Below are positions 50,509-61,374 of a stretch of 64,000 bases of DNA, piece by piece. A model generated the notes under the pieces. The model had not been told where the DNA came from and did no database searches. It saw only the letters and a program-made list of their open reading frames with translations. Position 1 is the first letter of the stretch; each line of letters starts with the position of its first letter. Where the stretch lies: positions 128,001-192,000 of the forward strand of contig JBFWJC010000003.1 of NCBI GenBank assembly GCA_050253415.1. Reading direction: 5' to 3'. Position numbers and translations under genes: made by a program. Origin of the DNA: Pedobacter sp. (GTDB lineage: Bacteria; Desulfobacterota; Desulfuromonadia; Desulfuromonadales; Syntrophotaleaceae).

Positions 50509-51120
50509 ATGGCACAGACGGAATTGAATGTCAGCCAGCGTGAAGGGCTTGGAAAAGGGACTGCTCGCACACTGCGTCGTGAGGGGCTGATACCCGCCGT
50601 CATGTACGGCAAAGGTGTAGAGAGTTGCTCTTTGACTATTGAACCTAAAAAGCTTTCCGCCATTATTGGTAGCGAAGCAGGTTGGAATACCCTGATTACT
50701 CTCAAGGGAGAAGGTCCGTTTGACGGGCAGGTTGTTATCCTTAAGGATATGCAGTTGGATCCTATTCGTCAGACTGTATTGCATGTTGATTTCCAGGCCA
50801 TCGACCTGAAGCAAAAAGCTCATGTTATGGTTCCTGTTGTTGCGGTTGGCAAATCAGCTGGCGAAAAAGAAGGTGGCAATCTTCAGGTTATTCGGCACGA
50901 AGTGGAGTTGGTATGTCTTCCTACCAATATTCCGTCCGTTCTTGAAGTTGACGTTACAGCGCTGGCTATCGGTGATGTACTGCATGTTCAGGATATTGTG
51001 CTTCCCGAAGGAGTTGAATTGCCGGCTGACGTAAATTACACCGTCTTTACCGTTGGCGGTCGCGCAGCTGAAACGGAAGAAGTTACTGAAGAAGTAGCTG
51101 AGATCGAAGCTGGCGAATAA
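50509..51120 (+). CDS. rplY: 50S ribosomal protein L25/Ctc
   Basis: RREGLIPAVMYG, HVDFQ, C-terminal Ctc extension. Confidence 0.96.
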   Translation: MAQTELNVSQREGLGKGTARTLRREGLIPAVMYGKGVESCSLTIEPKKLSAIIGSEAGWNTLITLKGEGPFDGQVVILKDMQLDPIRQTVLHVDFQAIDLKQKAHVMVPVVAVGKSAGEKEGGNLQVIRHEVELVCLPTNIPSVLEVDVTALAIGDVLHVQDIVLPEGVELPADVNYTVFTVGGRAAETEEVTEEVAEIEAGE

Positions 51121-51138
51121 CGCAGACGAGGAAATCTT

Positions 51139-51714
51139 TTGAAGTTGCTTGTCGGCTTGGGCAACCCGGGACCGGAATATGCCTCGACGAGGCATAATAT
51201 TGGTTTCTTGGTTGCCCAGAAATTTGCTGAAAAGATGGGTTTGTCGCTAAAACGACAGGCCCATCAGGCTATATTGGGTGCTGGTTGTGCTGGTGGGCAG
51301 GAGGTTATGGTGCTTCTGCCCCAGACCTACATGAACCGCAGTGGTATTTCGGTGGTCTCCGCCTGCAAGGCAAAGAGTATCGCTGTTAAGGATCTGGTTG
51401 TTATCCATGACGAGATCGATTTGCCGTTTGGTTCCGTGCGCATAAAGGTAGGTGGTGGTCACGGAGGTCATAACGGGTTGCGAAGTATTGCGGATCTGCT
51501 CGGGTCTCGCGACTTTACTAGATTGAGAGTTGGTGTTGGTCGGCCAATCGGACAGATGGATGTCGCCAAATATGTCCTGAGTTCATTTTCGTCCACTGAG
51601 AAGTCCCAACTCGAAAGCGTTCTTGAAAATTCGGTCATGGCCTTGGAGGTGTTGTTGCAAAAAGGTGCGCAGCAAGCCATGAATGAATTTAATAACCGGG
51701 TATTTTTAAATTAA
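51139..51714 (+). CDS. pth: Peptidyl-tRNA hydrolase
   Basis: [36 protein letters not shown] start. Confidence 0.97.
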   Translation: MKLLVGLGNPGPEYASTRHNIGFLVAQKFAEKMGLSLKRQAHQAILGAGCAGGQEVMVLLPQTYMNRSGISVVSACKAKSIAVKDLVVIHDEIDLPFGSVRIKVGGGHGGHNGLRSIADLLGSRDFTRLRVGVGRPIGQMDVAKYVLSSFSSTEKSQLESVLENSVMALEVLLQKGAQQAMNEFNNRVFLN

Positions 51715-51734
51715 CAGAGAGGGAAGGGTTTAAA

Positions 51735-53768
51735 ATGGAACTGCAAATGATTGCTAAACTTGCACCGATCCTTGGTGCGGTTGGATTTGTGATCGCCATT
51801 GTGATCTACCGTATGATCAAGGCACAGCCTGTTGGCAACGAGTGTATGAAAGAGATTTCTGACGCCATTCATTCCGGCGCCATGGCTTTTCTTGGTCGTG
51901 AATACCGCGTGCTGTCCGTCTTTATCGTACTGGTGTTCTTTCTGATTTTCATGGGAATGAATATGCAAACCGCTCTGGCCTTTGTCGGCGGTGCGCTTTG
52001 TTCCATGATTTGCGGTTTCATCGGCATGAAGGCCGCCACCCGTGCCAACGTGCGCACCACCGAGGCGGCTCGCCAGTCCGGACAAGCCAAGGCCCTGGTT
52101 ATTTCCTTTAATGGCGGTGCCGTTATGGGTCTTGCCGTTGCTTCCCTCGGCCTGGTCGGTGTAGGCGTGGCTTATCTTCTTTTCGGTACCCCCGAAACCG
52201 CGCAATACATGACCGGTTTTGCCATGGGCGCTTCGTCCATCGCTCTGTTTGCGCGTGTTGGTGGCGGTATCTACACCAAAGCTGCTGACGTTGGAGCTGA
52301 CCTGGTTGGTAAGGTCGAAGCCGGTATTCCTGAGGATGATCCCCGCAATCCTGGTGTTATTGCCGACAACGTAGGCGACTGCGTTGGTGATACGGCAGGT
52401 ATGGGTGCTGACATCTTTGAATCGTATGTCGGCTCCATTATCGCCACCATTGCCATCGCTGCTGCTGCCAGCCCTGTCTTGCTGGAAAAACTCGGTGGTG
52501 GCGCTTCCGTTCAGGCTAACGCTATGCTGCTGCCGCTGGCCATGGCTACCATTGGCCTGATCTTCTCTCTGGTCGGCATCGGCTCCATGAAGTTCCTCAA
52601 AAGTATCGATCCCGCTAAGGCGCTGCACTATACAACGTTTGTCGCTGCCGGTGGTTTTCTGGTCGCTGCCTTCTTCCTGATTCAGGCTTTCGGTCTTACG
52701 GTCGGTGTTTTCTGGGCTATCCTGGCTGGTACCCTTGCCGGCATCGCCATCGGTCAGGTTACTGAATACTACACCGCCTCTACCCCGGTTATGCGTATCG
52801 CCGAGGCCAGCAAGACCGGTCCTGCTACCAACATCATCCACGGGCTTGCCGTCGGTCTTGAAAGTTGTGCCGTTCCGGTTCTGATCATCTGCGTGTCGAT
52901 CTTTGTGGCCAACTACTATGCAGGCCTTTACGGCATCGGTATCGCAGCTGTGGGCATGCTTGCCACCGTTGGTGTCACCATGACCGTGGATGCTTACGGA
53001 CCCATTGCCGATAATGCCGGCGGTATTTCGGAAATGTGCGGACTCGGTCCTGATGTTCGTAAAATCACCGACGGTCTTGATTCTATCGGTAATACCACCG
53101 CTGCTATCGGTAAGGGTTTCGCCATCGGTTCCGCAGCCCTGACCGCTTTGGCGCTTTTCTCCGCCTATGCCACAACTGTAGGTCTTGACAGCATCAACCT
53201 TATCAACCCTGCGACCGTTATCGGTCTGCTTATTGGTGGCATGTTGCCTTTCTTCATCGGCGCATTGACCATGACCAGCGTTGGCCGTGCTGCAGGTAAG
53301 ATGGTGGATGAAATCCGTCGTCAGTTTCGCGAAATCCCCGGTCTGCTCGAAGGCAAGCCCGGTGTCAAACCCGAACCTGAAAAGTGTATTGATATCTCTG
53401 CCCGTGCCGCACTGCGCGAAATGGTGTTGCCCGGCATGGTGGCTGTTATTGCACCGGTTCTGGTTGGTTTTGTTATCGGTATTGAAGCCCTTGGCGGCAT
53501 GCTCGCCGGTTCCACACTGGCCGGTGTACTGCTGGCTTTGATGATGTCCAATGGCGGTGGTGCTTGGGACAATGCCAAAAAGCTTATCGAGAAGGGCGAG
53601 CTTGACGGTGAGGTTAAGGGCGGCGATGCCCATAAAGCTGCCGTTGTAGGTGATACCGTTGGCGACCCGTTCAAAGATACTTCAGGTCCGGCCATGAACA
53701 TTCTTATCAAGTTGATGAGCGTCGTTTCTCTGGTAATTGCTCCGGTGCTGGTTCGTTTCTGGTCTTAA
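51735..53768 (+). CDS. hppA: Membrane pyrophosphatase, K+-dependent, probably Na+-translocating
   Basis: [64 protein letters not shown]. Confidence 0.96.
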   Translation: MELQMIAKLAPILGAVGFVIAIVIYRMIKAQPVGNECMKEISDAIHSGAMAFLGREYRVLSVFIVLVFFLIFMGMNMQTALAFVGGALCSMICGFIGMKAATRANVRTTEAARQSGQAKALVISFNGGAVMGLAVASLGLVGVGVAYLLFGTPETAQYMTGFAMGASSIALFARVGGGIYTKAADVGADLVGKVEAGIPEDDPRNPGVIADNVGDCVGDTAGMGADIFESYVGSIIATIAIAAAASPVLLEKLGGGASVQANAMLLPLAMATIGLIFSLVGIGSMKFLKSIDPAKALHYTTFVAAGGFLVAAFFLIQAFGLTVGVFWAILAGTLAGIAIGQVTEYYTASTPVMRIAEASKTGPATNIIHGLAVGLESCAVPVLIICVSIFVANYYAGLYGIGIAAVGMLATVGVTMTVDAYGPIADNAGGISEMCGLGPDVRKITDGLDSIGNTTAAIGKGFAIGSAALTALALFSAYATTVGLDSINLINPATVIGLLIGGMLPFFIGALTMTSVGRAAGKMVDEIRRQFREIPGLLEGKPGVKPEPEKCIDISARAALREMVLPGMVAVIAPVLVGFVIGIEALGGMLAGSTLAGVLLALMMSNGGGAWDNAKKLIEKGELDGEVKGGDAHKAAVVGDTVGDPFKDTSGPAMNILIKLMSVVSLVIAPVLVRFWS

Positions 53769-53800
53769 TCTGACACTGGAAGTTTTATATCGTTAAATCT

Positions 53801-53827
53801 GATAGCCGGGAGTTGATCCCGGCTATC
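53801..53827 (+). terminator. Hairpin after hppA (terminator or stabiliser)
   Basis: GATAGCCGGGA-gttga-TCCCGGCTATC; weak T-tail. Confidence 0.5.
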
Positions 53828-53849
53828 GCTATTTAAGCAGGATATCTAC

Positions 53850-54944
53850 ATGGGATTTAAGTGCGGCATTGTTGGGTTGCCCAACGTTGGGAAATCGACC
53901 ATTTTTAACGCCATAACCTCGGCTGGTGCTGAGTCGGCAAACTATCCCTTTTGTACCATTGAACCAAATGTCGGCGTGGTTACGGTACCGGATCCGCGTC
54001 TTGATGCATTGGCTGAAATCGTACAGCCAAAAAGGGTTCTTCCTACGACTATTGAGTTTGTCGATATTGCCGGGTTAGTGCGTGGTGCCAGCCGCGGAGA
54101 GGGTCTTGGTAATCAGTTTCTTGGGCATATTCGCCAAGTTGATGCCATCGCTAACATTGTACGTTGTTTTGATGATGACAATGTTGTCCATGTAGACGGA
54201 TCTGTCGACCCGTTGCGGGATATTGAGATCATTCAGACAGAGCTGAATCTTGCCGATCTTGATACGGTTGAAAAGCGTTTGGTGCGTCTGCAGAAGATGG
54301 CTAAAAGCGGAGATAAGGACTCGAAGGAACAACAGGAAATACTTCTGCGGGTTCGCGACACTCTAGATGCTGGAAAGCCTGCCCGTGCTGCAGGGTTGAA
54401 TGATGAAGAACTGCGCTTGATTTATGATTTGCATCTGATCACCGCCAAGCCGGTTTTGTATGTTGCCAATGTTGCCGAAGATGATCTCCTTGGTGAGCAT
54501 CCGCACGTGGCTCGCGTGCAGGAGTTCGCAGCACAGGAAGGTGCTGTAGCAGTGGCTATCTGCGGCAAGATTGAAGCGGAAATTGCCGAACTGGATGGTG
54601 ATGAAAAGCAGGAATTTCTCGACGAGCTCGGTCTGGACAGTTCCGGACTTGATCAAATGATTCGAGCCGGTTACGAACTCCTGGGATTGATCACCTACTT
54701 TACCGCAGGGGTTCAGGAGGTGCGTGCCTGGACCGTACATCGCGGCGATCGTGCACCTCAGGCAGCTGGCGTTATTCATAGTGACTTTGAAAAAGGGTTT
54801 ATTCGAGCGGAGGTCATTGCTTACAACGATTTCATTGCCTGTCGTGGTGAAGCCGGAGCTAAAGAAAAAGGCCTGTTAAGACTCGAGGGTAAAGACTATG
54901 TTGTGCAGGACGGTGATGTCATGCATTTCAGATTTAATGTTTAA
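53850..54944 (+). CDS. ychF: Redox-regulated ATPase YchF
   Basis: [38 protein letters not shown]. Confidence 0.97.
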   Translation: MGFKCGIVGLPNVGKSTIFNAITSAGAESANYPFCTIEPNVGVVTVPDPRLDALAEIVQPKRVLPTTIEFVDIAGLVRGASRGEGLGNQFLGHIRQVDAIANIVRCFDDDNVVHVDGSVDPLRDIEIIQTELNLADLDTVEKRLVRLQKMAKSGDKDSKEQQEILLRVRDTLDAGKPARAAGLNDEELRLIYDLHLITAKPVLYVANVAEDDLLGEHPHVARVQEFAAQEGAVAVAICGKIEAEIAELDGDEKQEFLDELGLDSSGLDQMIRAGYELLGLITYFTAGVQEVRAWTVHRGDRAPQAAGVIHSDFEKGFIRAEVIAYNDFIACRGEAGAKEKGLLRLEGKDYVVQDGDVMHFRFNV

Positions 54945-55037
54945 GGTTGTGGCGATCAGCCTTTTCTGGTCGGTTGGTCGGAAAAGCGTTGAATTGCCCT
55001 GGTCTATGTGGTATTAAACTAAGTTCTGTTTTTAGGC

Positions 55038-55103
55038 GGACACTTAGGTGTCTACTCCTTGCTCCGGACTGTGCCGGGGTTAAACACTCGAGAGGAGAGT
55101 TAC
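55038..55103 (+). promoter_or_regulatory. Putative rpsF leader (S6:S18 autoregulatory structure)
   Basis: ACTCCT (55054-59) can pair with the SD AGGAG; inner stem GCTCCGG/CCGGGGT with AAACAC internal loop. Upstream promoter candidate TTGAAT-17-TATTAA (54989-55017). Confidence 0.5.
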
Positions 55104-55457
55104 ATGCGTACTTACGAAAACATCATGATCGTCCATCCGGACAAGGTCGGGGATGAGTACAATGCCGTTGTTGAAAAATTCAAGGGCGTACTTACCGATC
55201 TCAATGCCAATCTCCTGAAGGTTGACGAATGGGGTGTGCGCAAGCTTGCATATCCGGTCAAAAAACAAGGCCGGGGAAGCTATGTGTTGACCGTATTTGA
55301 AGCCGATCCGAGCATTATTGACGAATTTGAGCGTCGTCTGCGTCTCGATGAAGCTGTTATTAAATTCCAGACCGTATTCCTGGAAAAAGGCTTTGTTGAA
55401 GATGTCTCCTCAAAGTTGAGTGAAGATAGCGACGAGAACCTCGACGAAGAAGAGTAA
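55104..55457 (+). CDS. rpsF: 30S ribosomal protein S6
   Basis: [17 protein letters not shown], acidic tail. Confidence 0.97.
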   Translation: MRTYENIMIVHPDKVGDEYNAVVEKFKGVLTDLNANLLKVDEWGVRKLAYPVKKQGRGSYVLTVFEADPSIIDEFERRLRLDEAVIKFQTVFLEKGFVEDVSSKLSEDSDENLDEEE

Positions 55458-55510
55458 AATCGGATCTTTGCGATGACAACATCGCACTGCACATTAGGAG
55501 GAATATAAGC

Positions 55511-55789
55511 ATGTATGACAAAAAACCTGCCGGAGCTGCTGGTAAACGCCCTTCTGTACGTCGTCGTTTTTCCCGGCGCAAGGGTTGCCGTTTCTGTGCT
55601 GACAGCACCATGAAAATTGATTATAAAGAATTACGGAACCTGCGTTATTTCGTTTCCGAACGCGGTAAGATCGTACCTCGCCGTATTTCCGGTAACTGCG
55701 CCGAGCATCAGCGTAAAGTTTGTGAAGCAATCAAGCGCGCTAGAAATATCGCTCTGCTGCCCTTTATGGCTGGGCATTCCGTCGACTAG
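55511..55789 (+). CDS. rpsR: 30S ribosomal protein S18 (Zn-binding form)
   Basis: [27 protein letters not shown]. Confidence 0.97.
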   Translation: MYDKKPAGAAGKRPSVRRRFSRRKGCRFCADSTMKIDYKELRNLRYFVSERGKIVPRRISGNCAEHQRKVCEAIKRARNIALLPFMAGHSVD

Positions 55790-55812
55790 AACCGAGGGAC
55801 CTTACTTTGAGT

Positions 55813-56763
55813 ATGGCGCAAAAGGTTCTTTCCGTGGCAGGTGCAGTGGTTTCGACCGTTGGACTGCAGTTGTTGGTACTCAGCCTTGTCTCGCAAGACC
55901 AAAGCAGCGCTGTTGTGATTGTCGGTAGTGGCTTGGCTTTCCTGGTGCCTTGGCCTGTAGCCCTTTTGGCTGTTCGCCATGGGATAGGCTCTGCATTCGC
56001 TGCATTGCTGGCGTCAGGTTTGCTGCTCGGCATAGCCGTTAGTCCTGTTCTCGCCGTAGCCTATGTCGTTCAGTTTGGAATGGGCTCGGTTATGGTGCCT
56101 CACCTGCTTATGAGGGGCTGGAGATGGGATGCAGCAGTTCTGTCAGGTACCGGGTTAAGTTTGGGTTGCGGAATCATTGCTCTTAGTGCTTATGCTCTAC
56201 AGCTTGGGCAATCTACGCTTACTTTTGCAGATAATTGGGCCCGTACCGAGGTAGATAAGGCTCTTTTAGCTCTTGAGTATGACAAGCTTCCGGCTGAAGT
56301 GGCGCAGCAAACCGAAAAGATCGTTCAGGATTTAGGTGACAGGCTTGTTGATCTTTATCCTGCCATGACAATCTTGACCATTGCCGTAATGCTGCTGGTA
56401 CTGGTGGTTTTTCTTCGTCGGAAGGCTGGACAATTTTTGCCTGCTCAAAGTCTCTTTCATGCATGGAAAGTGGCTGAACATCTTGTTTGGATTCTTATTG
56501 CCAGTGGCGCGTCCGTTCTCATTTTTGAAGGTGCGTGGCATAGGCTTGCGTTGAATGTGTTGGTGGTGATACTCGCCATTTACTTTCTGCAAGGGCTGGC
56601 AATATTAAACCACTTTTTCAACGTGAAGGGGGTGCCCCCGTTTTTGAGGGTACTCGGTTATTTTCTGGTTGTTGTAAGTTTTCCTTTGCGGATACTTGCA
56701 ACCGGGGTCGGAGTTTTCGATCTTTGGATCGATTTTCGAAAACCCAGAAACCACAAGGATTAG
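55813..56763 (+). CDS. DUF2232/YybS family membrane protein
   Basis: Multiple TM helices, YFLQGLA, GVFDLWIDFRK; located between rpsR and rplI; start 55807 or 55813. Confidence 0.85.
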   Translation: MAQKVLSVAGAVVSTVGLQLLVLSLVSQDQSSAVVIVGSGLAFLVPWPVALLAVRHGIGSAFAALLASGLLLGIAVSPVLAVAYVVQFGMGSVMVPHLLMRGWRWDAAVLSGTGLSLGCGIIALSAYALQLGQSTLTFADNWARTEVDKALLALEYDKLPAEVAQQTEKIVQDLGDRLVDLYPAMTILTIAVMLLVLVVFLRRKAGQFLPAQSLFHAWKVAEHLVWILIASGASVLIFEGAWHRLALNVLVVILAIYFLQGLAILNHFFNVKGVPPFLRVLGYFLVVVSFPLRILATGVGVFDLWIDFRKPRNHKD

Positions 56764-56783
56764 ATCCTTTTTGGAGGAACTCA

Positions 56784-57230
56784 ATGGATATCATCTTGAT
56801 GGAAAACGTGGATGGCTTGGGCCAGATTGGCGAGTTGGTCAAGGTAAAGGCCGGTTATGCACGTAACTTTCTTATTCCCAAAAAGTTTGCCGTTGAAGCA
56901 AATACTCGCAATCTTAAAGAACTTGAGCATCAGAAGCGTCAGCTTGAGCGCAAGGCTCAGAAGATGCTTCAGGCCTCTGAAGTTCTTAAAGCTCAGATTG
57001 AAAAGGTTGCGTGTGCCTTTGCTCTGCGTGCAGGCGATGACGGTAAGTTGTTCGGTTCTGTAACCAGCATGGAAATCCAATCGAAACTGGCTGAGGCTGG
57101 AATTGAAATGGATCGCAAGAAAATTCAGCTGGACGAGCCGATTAAGGCTCTGGGCGATTACGACATCGCGGTCAAATTGCCTGCCGGCATTGTTGCTACC
57201 GTGAAGGTTTCGGTAACCGCACTTGATTAA
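56784..57230 (+). CDS. rplI: 50S ribosomal protein L9
   Basis: VKAGYARNFLIP, GKLFGSVT, PIKALG. Confidence 0.97.
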   Translation: MDIILMENVDGLGQIGELVKVKAGYARNFLIPKKFAVEANTRNLKELEHQKRQLERKAQKMLQASEVLKAQIEKVACAFALRAGDDGKLFGSVTSMEIQSKLAEAGIEMDRKKIQLDEPIKALGDYDIAVKLPAGIVATVKVSVTALD

Positions 57231-57236
57231 ACATCA

Positions 57237-57273
57237 CGCCGGCACCGGGGTATATTCCGGTGCCGGCGGTTTC
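57237..57273 (+). terminator. Hairpin between rplI and dnaB
   Basis: CGCCGGCACCGG-loop-CCGGTGCCGGCG followed by gttt. Confidence 0.55.
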
Positions 57274-57293
57274 ACAGACTTGCCGATGTATCT

Positions 57294-58664
57294 ATGACCA
57301 ATATTCCGGTGACTAAACTACCGCCCCAGTCTCTGGAAGGCGAAATGTCCGTACTGGGCGGCATTCTGCTTGAAAATGAAGCCCTCAATAAGGCGTTGGG
57401 AATACTGCGTCCGGACGACTTTTACCGAGATAGTCATAAAAAGATTTTTGCCGCACTTCTGCACCTCTCCGATATCGGTGAACCTGCCGATCTTGTCACG
57501 CTTACAGCCGCACTCCAAAAAAAAGGTGAACTTGATGCCGTAGGCGGTATAAGTTACCTGACTACGCTGGTTGATTATGTTCCTACTGCCGCCAATATTG
57601 TCTATTATTGCCGGATGGTTAAGGAAAAAGCGTTAGCCAGGCATCTGATCTCCGTGGCGACCGAGATCGCAACAAAAGGCTATGAAGGCGGCGATATTGA
57701 ATCTCTTCTGGATTGGTCCGAAAAATCCATATTTGAAATCAGCGGTATGAAAAATAAACCTTCTTATTTCTCAACGCGAGAAATAATGAAGGATACCATT
57801 CAAATTATTGAAGATTTATATCACCGTAAAGAGCTGGTCACGGGCGTCACTACCGGTTACAAGGTGTTGGATGAAATGACCGCCGGGATGCAGCCTTCCG
57901 ACTTGATTATCGTGGCTGGCCGCCCATCCATGGGTAAGACGGCGTTTGTGCTTAATCTTGTAGAAAATGCCTCGGTTCAAGCCGCCAAACCTGTTCCCAC
58001 GGTTGTCTTCTCCCTGGAGATGAGTAAGGAGTCGCTTGTTCAACGTCTCCTCTGTTCTCTGGCCCGGGTTGATGCAGGACGCCTGAGAACCGGCAATCTG
58101 GTAGAGTCCGACTGGCCAAAACTCATTGAGGGTGCCAGTAAGCTCTCCGAAGCACCGATTTTTATCGATGACACTCCGGCTATCACGGTTATGGAACTTC
58201 GCGCCAAGGCGCGACGCCTTAAGGCCGAACATAATCTGGGCATGGTCGTCGTCGATTATCTGCAGTTGATGCAAGGGCATAATCCTGAAAGCAGGCAGCA
58301 GGAGATATCCGAAATTTCCCGATCCTTGAAAGCGCTTGCCAAAGAGATTAATGTTCCGGTTCTGGCTCTGTCTCAGTTGAACCGTTCTTTGGAAAATCGT
58401 ACAGATAAACGCCCCATTATGGCTGACTTGCGTGAATCCGGTGCGATAGAACAGGATGCTGACGTTATTATGTTTATTTATCGCGAGTCCGTTTATTGCG
58501 ATGATTGTCGCAGTAAAGAGCGTACTTGTGAAAAAGGGCATGATAAAGATGCCGAAATTATCATCGGTAAACAGCGTAACGGTCCGATCGGTACGGTGCA
58601 CTTGACTTTCCTGGGCCAATTTACCCGTTTCGAAAATCAAGCGCGTCGCGAGGATCCCTATTGA
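57294..58664 (+). CDS. dnaB: Replicative DNA helicase
   Basis: PPQSLEGE, GRPSMGKT, FSLEMS, DYLQLM, SQLNR, LRESGAIEQDAD, KQRNGP; no intein. Confidence 0.97.
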   Translation: MTNIPVTKLPPQSLEGEMSVLGGILLENEALNKALGILRPDDFYRDSHKKIFAALLHLSDIGEPADLVTLTAALQKKGELDAVGGISYLTTLVDYVPTAANIVYYCRMVKEKALARHLISVATEIATKGYEGGDIESLLDWSEKSIFEISGMKNKPSYFSTREIMKDTIQIIEDLYHRKELVTGVTTGYKVLDEMTAGMQPSDLIIVAGRPSMGKTAFVLNLVENASVQAAKPVPTVVFSLEMSKESLVQRLLCSLARVDAGRLRTGNLVESDWPKLIEGASKLSEAPIFIDDTPAITVMELRAKARRLKAEHNLGMVVVDYLQLMQGHNPESRQQEISEISRSLKALAKEINVPVLALSQLNRSLENRTDKRPIMADLRESGAIEQDADVIMFIYRESVYCDDCRSKERTCEKGHDKDAEIIIGKQRNGPIGTVHLTFLGQFTRFENQARREDPY

Positions 58665-58682
58665 TTGTCATGACCCTTATTG

Positions 58683-58720
58683 AAAAAAAAGGCTCCGGAA
58701 ATATTTCCGGAGCCTTTTTT
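58683..58720. terminator. Bidirectional terminator between dnaB and ntrC
   Basis: A8-GGCTCCGGAA-atat-TTCCGGAGCC-T6. Confidence 0.9.
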
Positions 58721-58753
58721 ATTGGTGACAGATTTATGCCAGGGGAGTGGGGT

Positions 58754-60187
58754 CTACAACTCCTTTAAATCGATGTCCAGTAATTGAATCTTTTTGCGCA
58801 GAGTATTGCGGTTAATGCCAAGAATTTCGGCAGCGCGAACCTGGTTGCCGCGGGTTTTATCAAGGATGATGGAAATCAGCGGCCGTTCCATCTGGTGCAG
58901 GACCATCTGGTAAAGATTGTTGAGCTCGTTGACATCCATGGGGGCAAAGGTGGCAAGCAATTTGTTGGAGATAAGGGCTTCAAGAGATTCGTCTGTCTCT
59001 TTTCGGGTCGTCTCGGGAGCCAATCCGGGAAAATCACCAGGTGTCAGCAATTGGTCTGATGATAGCAGCGCGGCGCGTTTAAGGGTATTTTCGAGCTCGC
59101 GGACGTTGCCGGGCCAGTCATGCCGCTTAAGATGCGCTATGGCCTCCTTGGTGCATCCCTGAATGCCGACATTGAGGTCTTTTCGTGCTGCATCAAGGAA
59201 ATACTCAACCAGGGCCGGGATGTCATCGCGACGCTCTCTCAGGGGTGGAATGGCGATCGGCACAACGTTGAGACGGTAGAACAGGTCTTCACGAAACTCC
59301 CTTGCCGCAACCTTTTCGCGAAGATTCTGATTGGTGGCTGCAACAATCCGTACATCAACGGAAATGGAAGTGCTGCCGCCGGTGCGGGTTATTTCGCGTT
59401 CTTGCAGCACGCGCAGTAATTTAGCTTGTAATTCCAGTGGCATATCCCCGATTTCATCGAGGAAAAGGGTGCCGCCGCTGGCCTGTTCAAATTTACCGAT
59501 TTTGCGGTCGGTGGCGCCGGTAAAAGCGCCTTTTTCATGCCCGAAAAGTTCGCTTTCCAAAAGTTCACTGGGGATGGCGGCACAGTTCAGGGCCAGGAAG
59601 TCTTTGCCTACTCTGGGACTATTATAGTGGATGGCCCGTGCAACCAGTTCCTTACCGGTGCCGCTTTCGCCTGTAATCAGCACAGTGACATCGGTTGGCG
59701 CTACCCTTCCCAGGATTTTGTAGATTTCCTGCATCGGCTTGCTCTTGCCAATGATGGCGCGATCCAGGGGATATTGCTCCTTGAGTTCGGTTTTGAGGCG
59801 GTGAACTTCCTCGGCAGCAACTGCGGCTTTTTGCGCTTTGACGATGATGGCTTCAAGGGCATCGAGGTCAAAAGGTTTGGTCAGGTAATCGTACGCACCG
59901 AGCTTCATGGCTTCTACCGCATTTTTCATGGACGATTCGGCCGTGATGATAATGACGAGCATTTCGGGCCGCTGTTCCTGAAAGTAGCGCAGCAGTTCCA
60001 GTCCGGAAACATCGGGCATTTTGATATCGAGGATGGCCAGGTCGTAATGGCGACGCTTAAACATAGTTTTCGCATCACCTCCGTCGGAGGCCAGATCAAC
60101 GGTGAAGCCTTGCTTGGTCAGTGCCTTGCGTAGGACCCAGCGGATACTTTCTTCATCATCTGCTACCAGAATACGTTGTATGGACAT
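58754..60187 (-). CDS. ntrC: Sigma54-dependent response regulator, NtrC-like
   Basis: [38 protein letters not shown], Fis-type [13 protein letters not shown]. Confidence 0.9.
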   Translation of the reverse strand: MSIQRILVADDEESIRWVLRKALTKQGFTVDLASDGGDAKTMFKRRHYDLAILDIKMPDVSGLELLRYFQEQRPEMLVIIITAESSMKNAVEAMKLGAYDYLTKPFDLDALEAIIVKAQKAAVAAEEVHRLKTELKEQYPLDRAIIGKSKPMQEIYKILGRVAPTDVTVLITGESGTGKELVARAIHYNSPRVGKDFLALNCAAIPSELLESELFGHEKGAFTGATDRKIGKFEQASGGTLFLDEIGDMPLELQAKLLRVLQEREITRTGGSTSISVDVRIVAATNQNLREKVAAREFREDLFYRLNVVPIAIPPLRERRDDIPALVEYFLDAARKDLNVGIQGCTKEAIAHLKRHDWPGNVRELENTLKRAALLSSDQLLTPGDFPGLAPETTRKETDESLEALISNKLLATFAPMDVNELNNLYQMVLHQMERPLISIILDKTRGNQVRAAEILGINRNTLRKKIQLLDIDLKEL

Positions 60188-60273
60188 GCTAGTTTCCCGG
60201 ACTTATGGTTTCCGTACCGCGGACAGTGGCGGTAGGGTGGTTAGTGATACTGGAGCGGCGGTGAAACGACTGA

Positions 60274-61374
60274 TTACCCTCGTTTTAGAGGCAAAGATAC
60301 CGTGAAGGTGGTACCTTGCTCTAGATGGGTCGAAACGCGCAGCGAACCCTGGTGTTCGTTGATGATTTTCTGGCATATGGCCAGACCTAATCCACACCCT
60401 TTGGTTTTTGTGGTGAAAAATGGGGTGAAAATACGGTCGAGCTCATCCGGGGGAATGCCGGGACCGTTGTCCTGAATTTCCACCGTGACCATCGGCACGG
60501 GCCGTTCACCAGGCTTGTTGAACAGGTATTGACCAGCAATGCGCGAGGTTATGGTGATGATCCCGTCGTTTTCAAAGGCTTCGGCAGCATTTTTCAGCAG
60601 GTTAAGGAATAACCTGGAAAGAAGAGTATCATCACCTTTAATGGGCGGAATGCTTGGGTCAAGCTGCATTTGATAGTTGATCTTCTTGTCCGGATGACTT
60701 TGCTTTTGCAGCAAAACCTGGTCAGCAAGAATGCGCGACAGGTTGACTTCGCTGAGTTGGGTCGGACGCGGACGGGTAAGGTCAAGGAGTTCCTCTATCA
60801 GGTCATTGACCCTGTTGACTTCCCTGGTCATGACGCGAGTGTATTCCCGCAGGGGGTTCTCTGGCGGCAATTCAAGATTCAGAAGTTGTGCCGCGCCTTT
60901 GATGCCACCCAGGGGGTTTTTGATTTCGTGCGCCAGTCCGGCCGCGAGTGTCCCCAGCATTGCCAGGCGATCGGCTTGGCGGACGGTCTCCTCCAGTTCT
61001 CGTATCTGGGAATGGTCACGTAAAATAACCACAGCACCTTCCTGTTCACCCTTTCTGGTGAAAAGAGGCGAGGCGGATAATCCAACCGGAAGAGGGTCGG
61101 CCAAGGGTCGGTGCAGGAGGATATCCTCATGGCTGGTGATCGATCGCCCCGATTGCAGGGCAGCGCGTACAAGACGCAGGAGCTCAGCGCTTGAGCCGAA
61201 CAGATCGCCTAAGGAGCGTTTCAGGGCTTGTCGTTCAGAATATCCGGTACATATCTGTGCAGCGGGATTAAACAATACGATGAGTTCGGCATCGTCAATG
61301 GCAATCACCGCTTCTTCCATATTTTCCAGTACCCTCATGTAGAGAGACCGGTCTTTTTGCTCACCGTTGTTCAT
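60274..61374 (-). CDS. ntrB: PAS histidine kinase, NtrB-like
   Basis: PAS, LAHEIKNPLGGIKGAAQLL, NLLKNA, DNGPGI, GCGLGL. Confidence 0.88.
   Translation of the reverse strand: MNNGEQKDRSLYMRVLENMEEAVIAIDDAELIVLFNPAAQICTGYSERQALKRSLGDLFGSSAELLRLVRAALQSGRSITSHEDILLHRPLADPLPVGLSASPLFTRKGEQEGAVVILRDHSQIRELEETVRQADRLAMLGTLAAGLAHEIKNPLGGIKGAAQLLNLELPPENPLREYTRVMTREVNRVNDLIEELLDLTRPRPTQLSEVNLSRILADQVLLQKQSHPDKKINYQMQLDPSIPPIKGDDTLLSRLFLNLLKNAAEAFENDGIITITSRIAGQYLFNKPGERPVPMVTVEIQDNGPGIPPDELDRIFTPFFTTKTKGCGLGLAICQKIINEHQGSLRVSTHLEQGTTFTVSLPLKRG

Noticed and set aside
51711..53633. 640-aa antisense ORF opposite hppA
   Set aside because: Shadow ORF explained by the codon bias of hppA; no recognisable motifs.
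55458..55510. Absence of ssb/priB between rpsF and rpsR
   Set aside because: Direct rpsF-rpsR adjacency is common; the 53-nt gap shows no gene remnant.
57294..58664. Intein in dnaB
   Set aside because: Normal length (456 aa) with contiguous motifs; only a short Cys-rich loop insertion.
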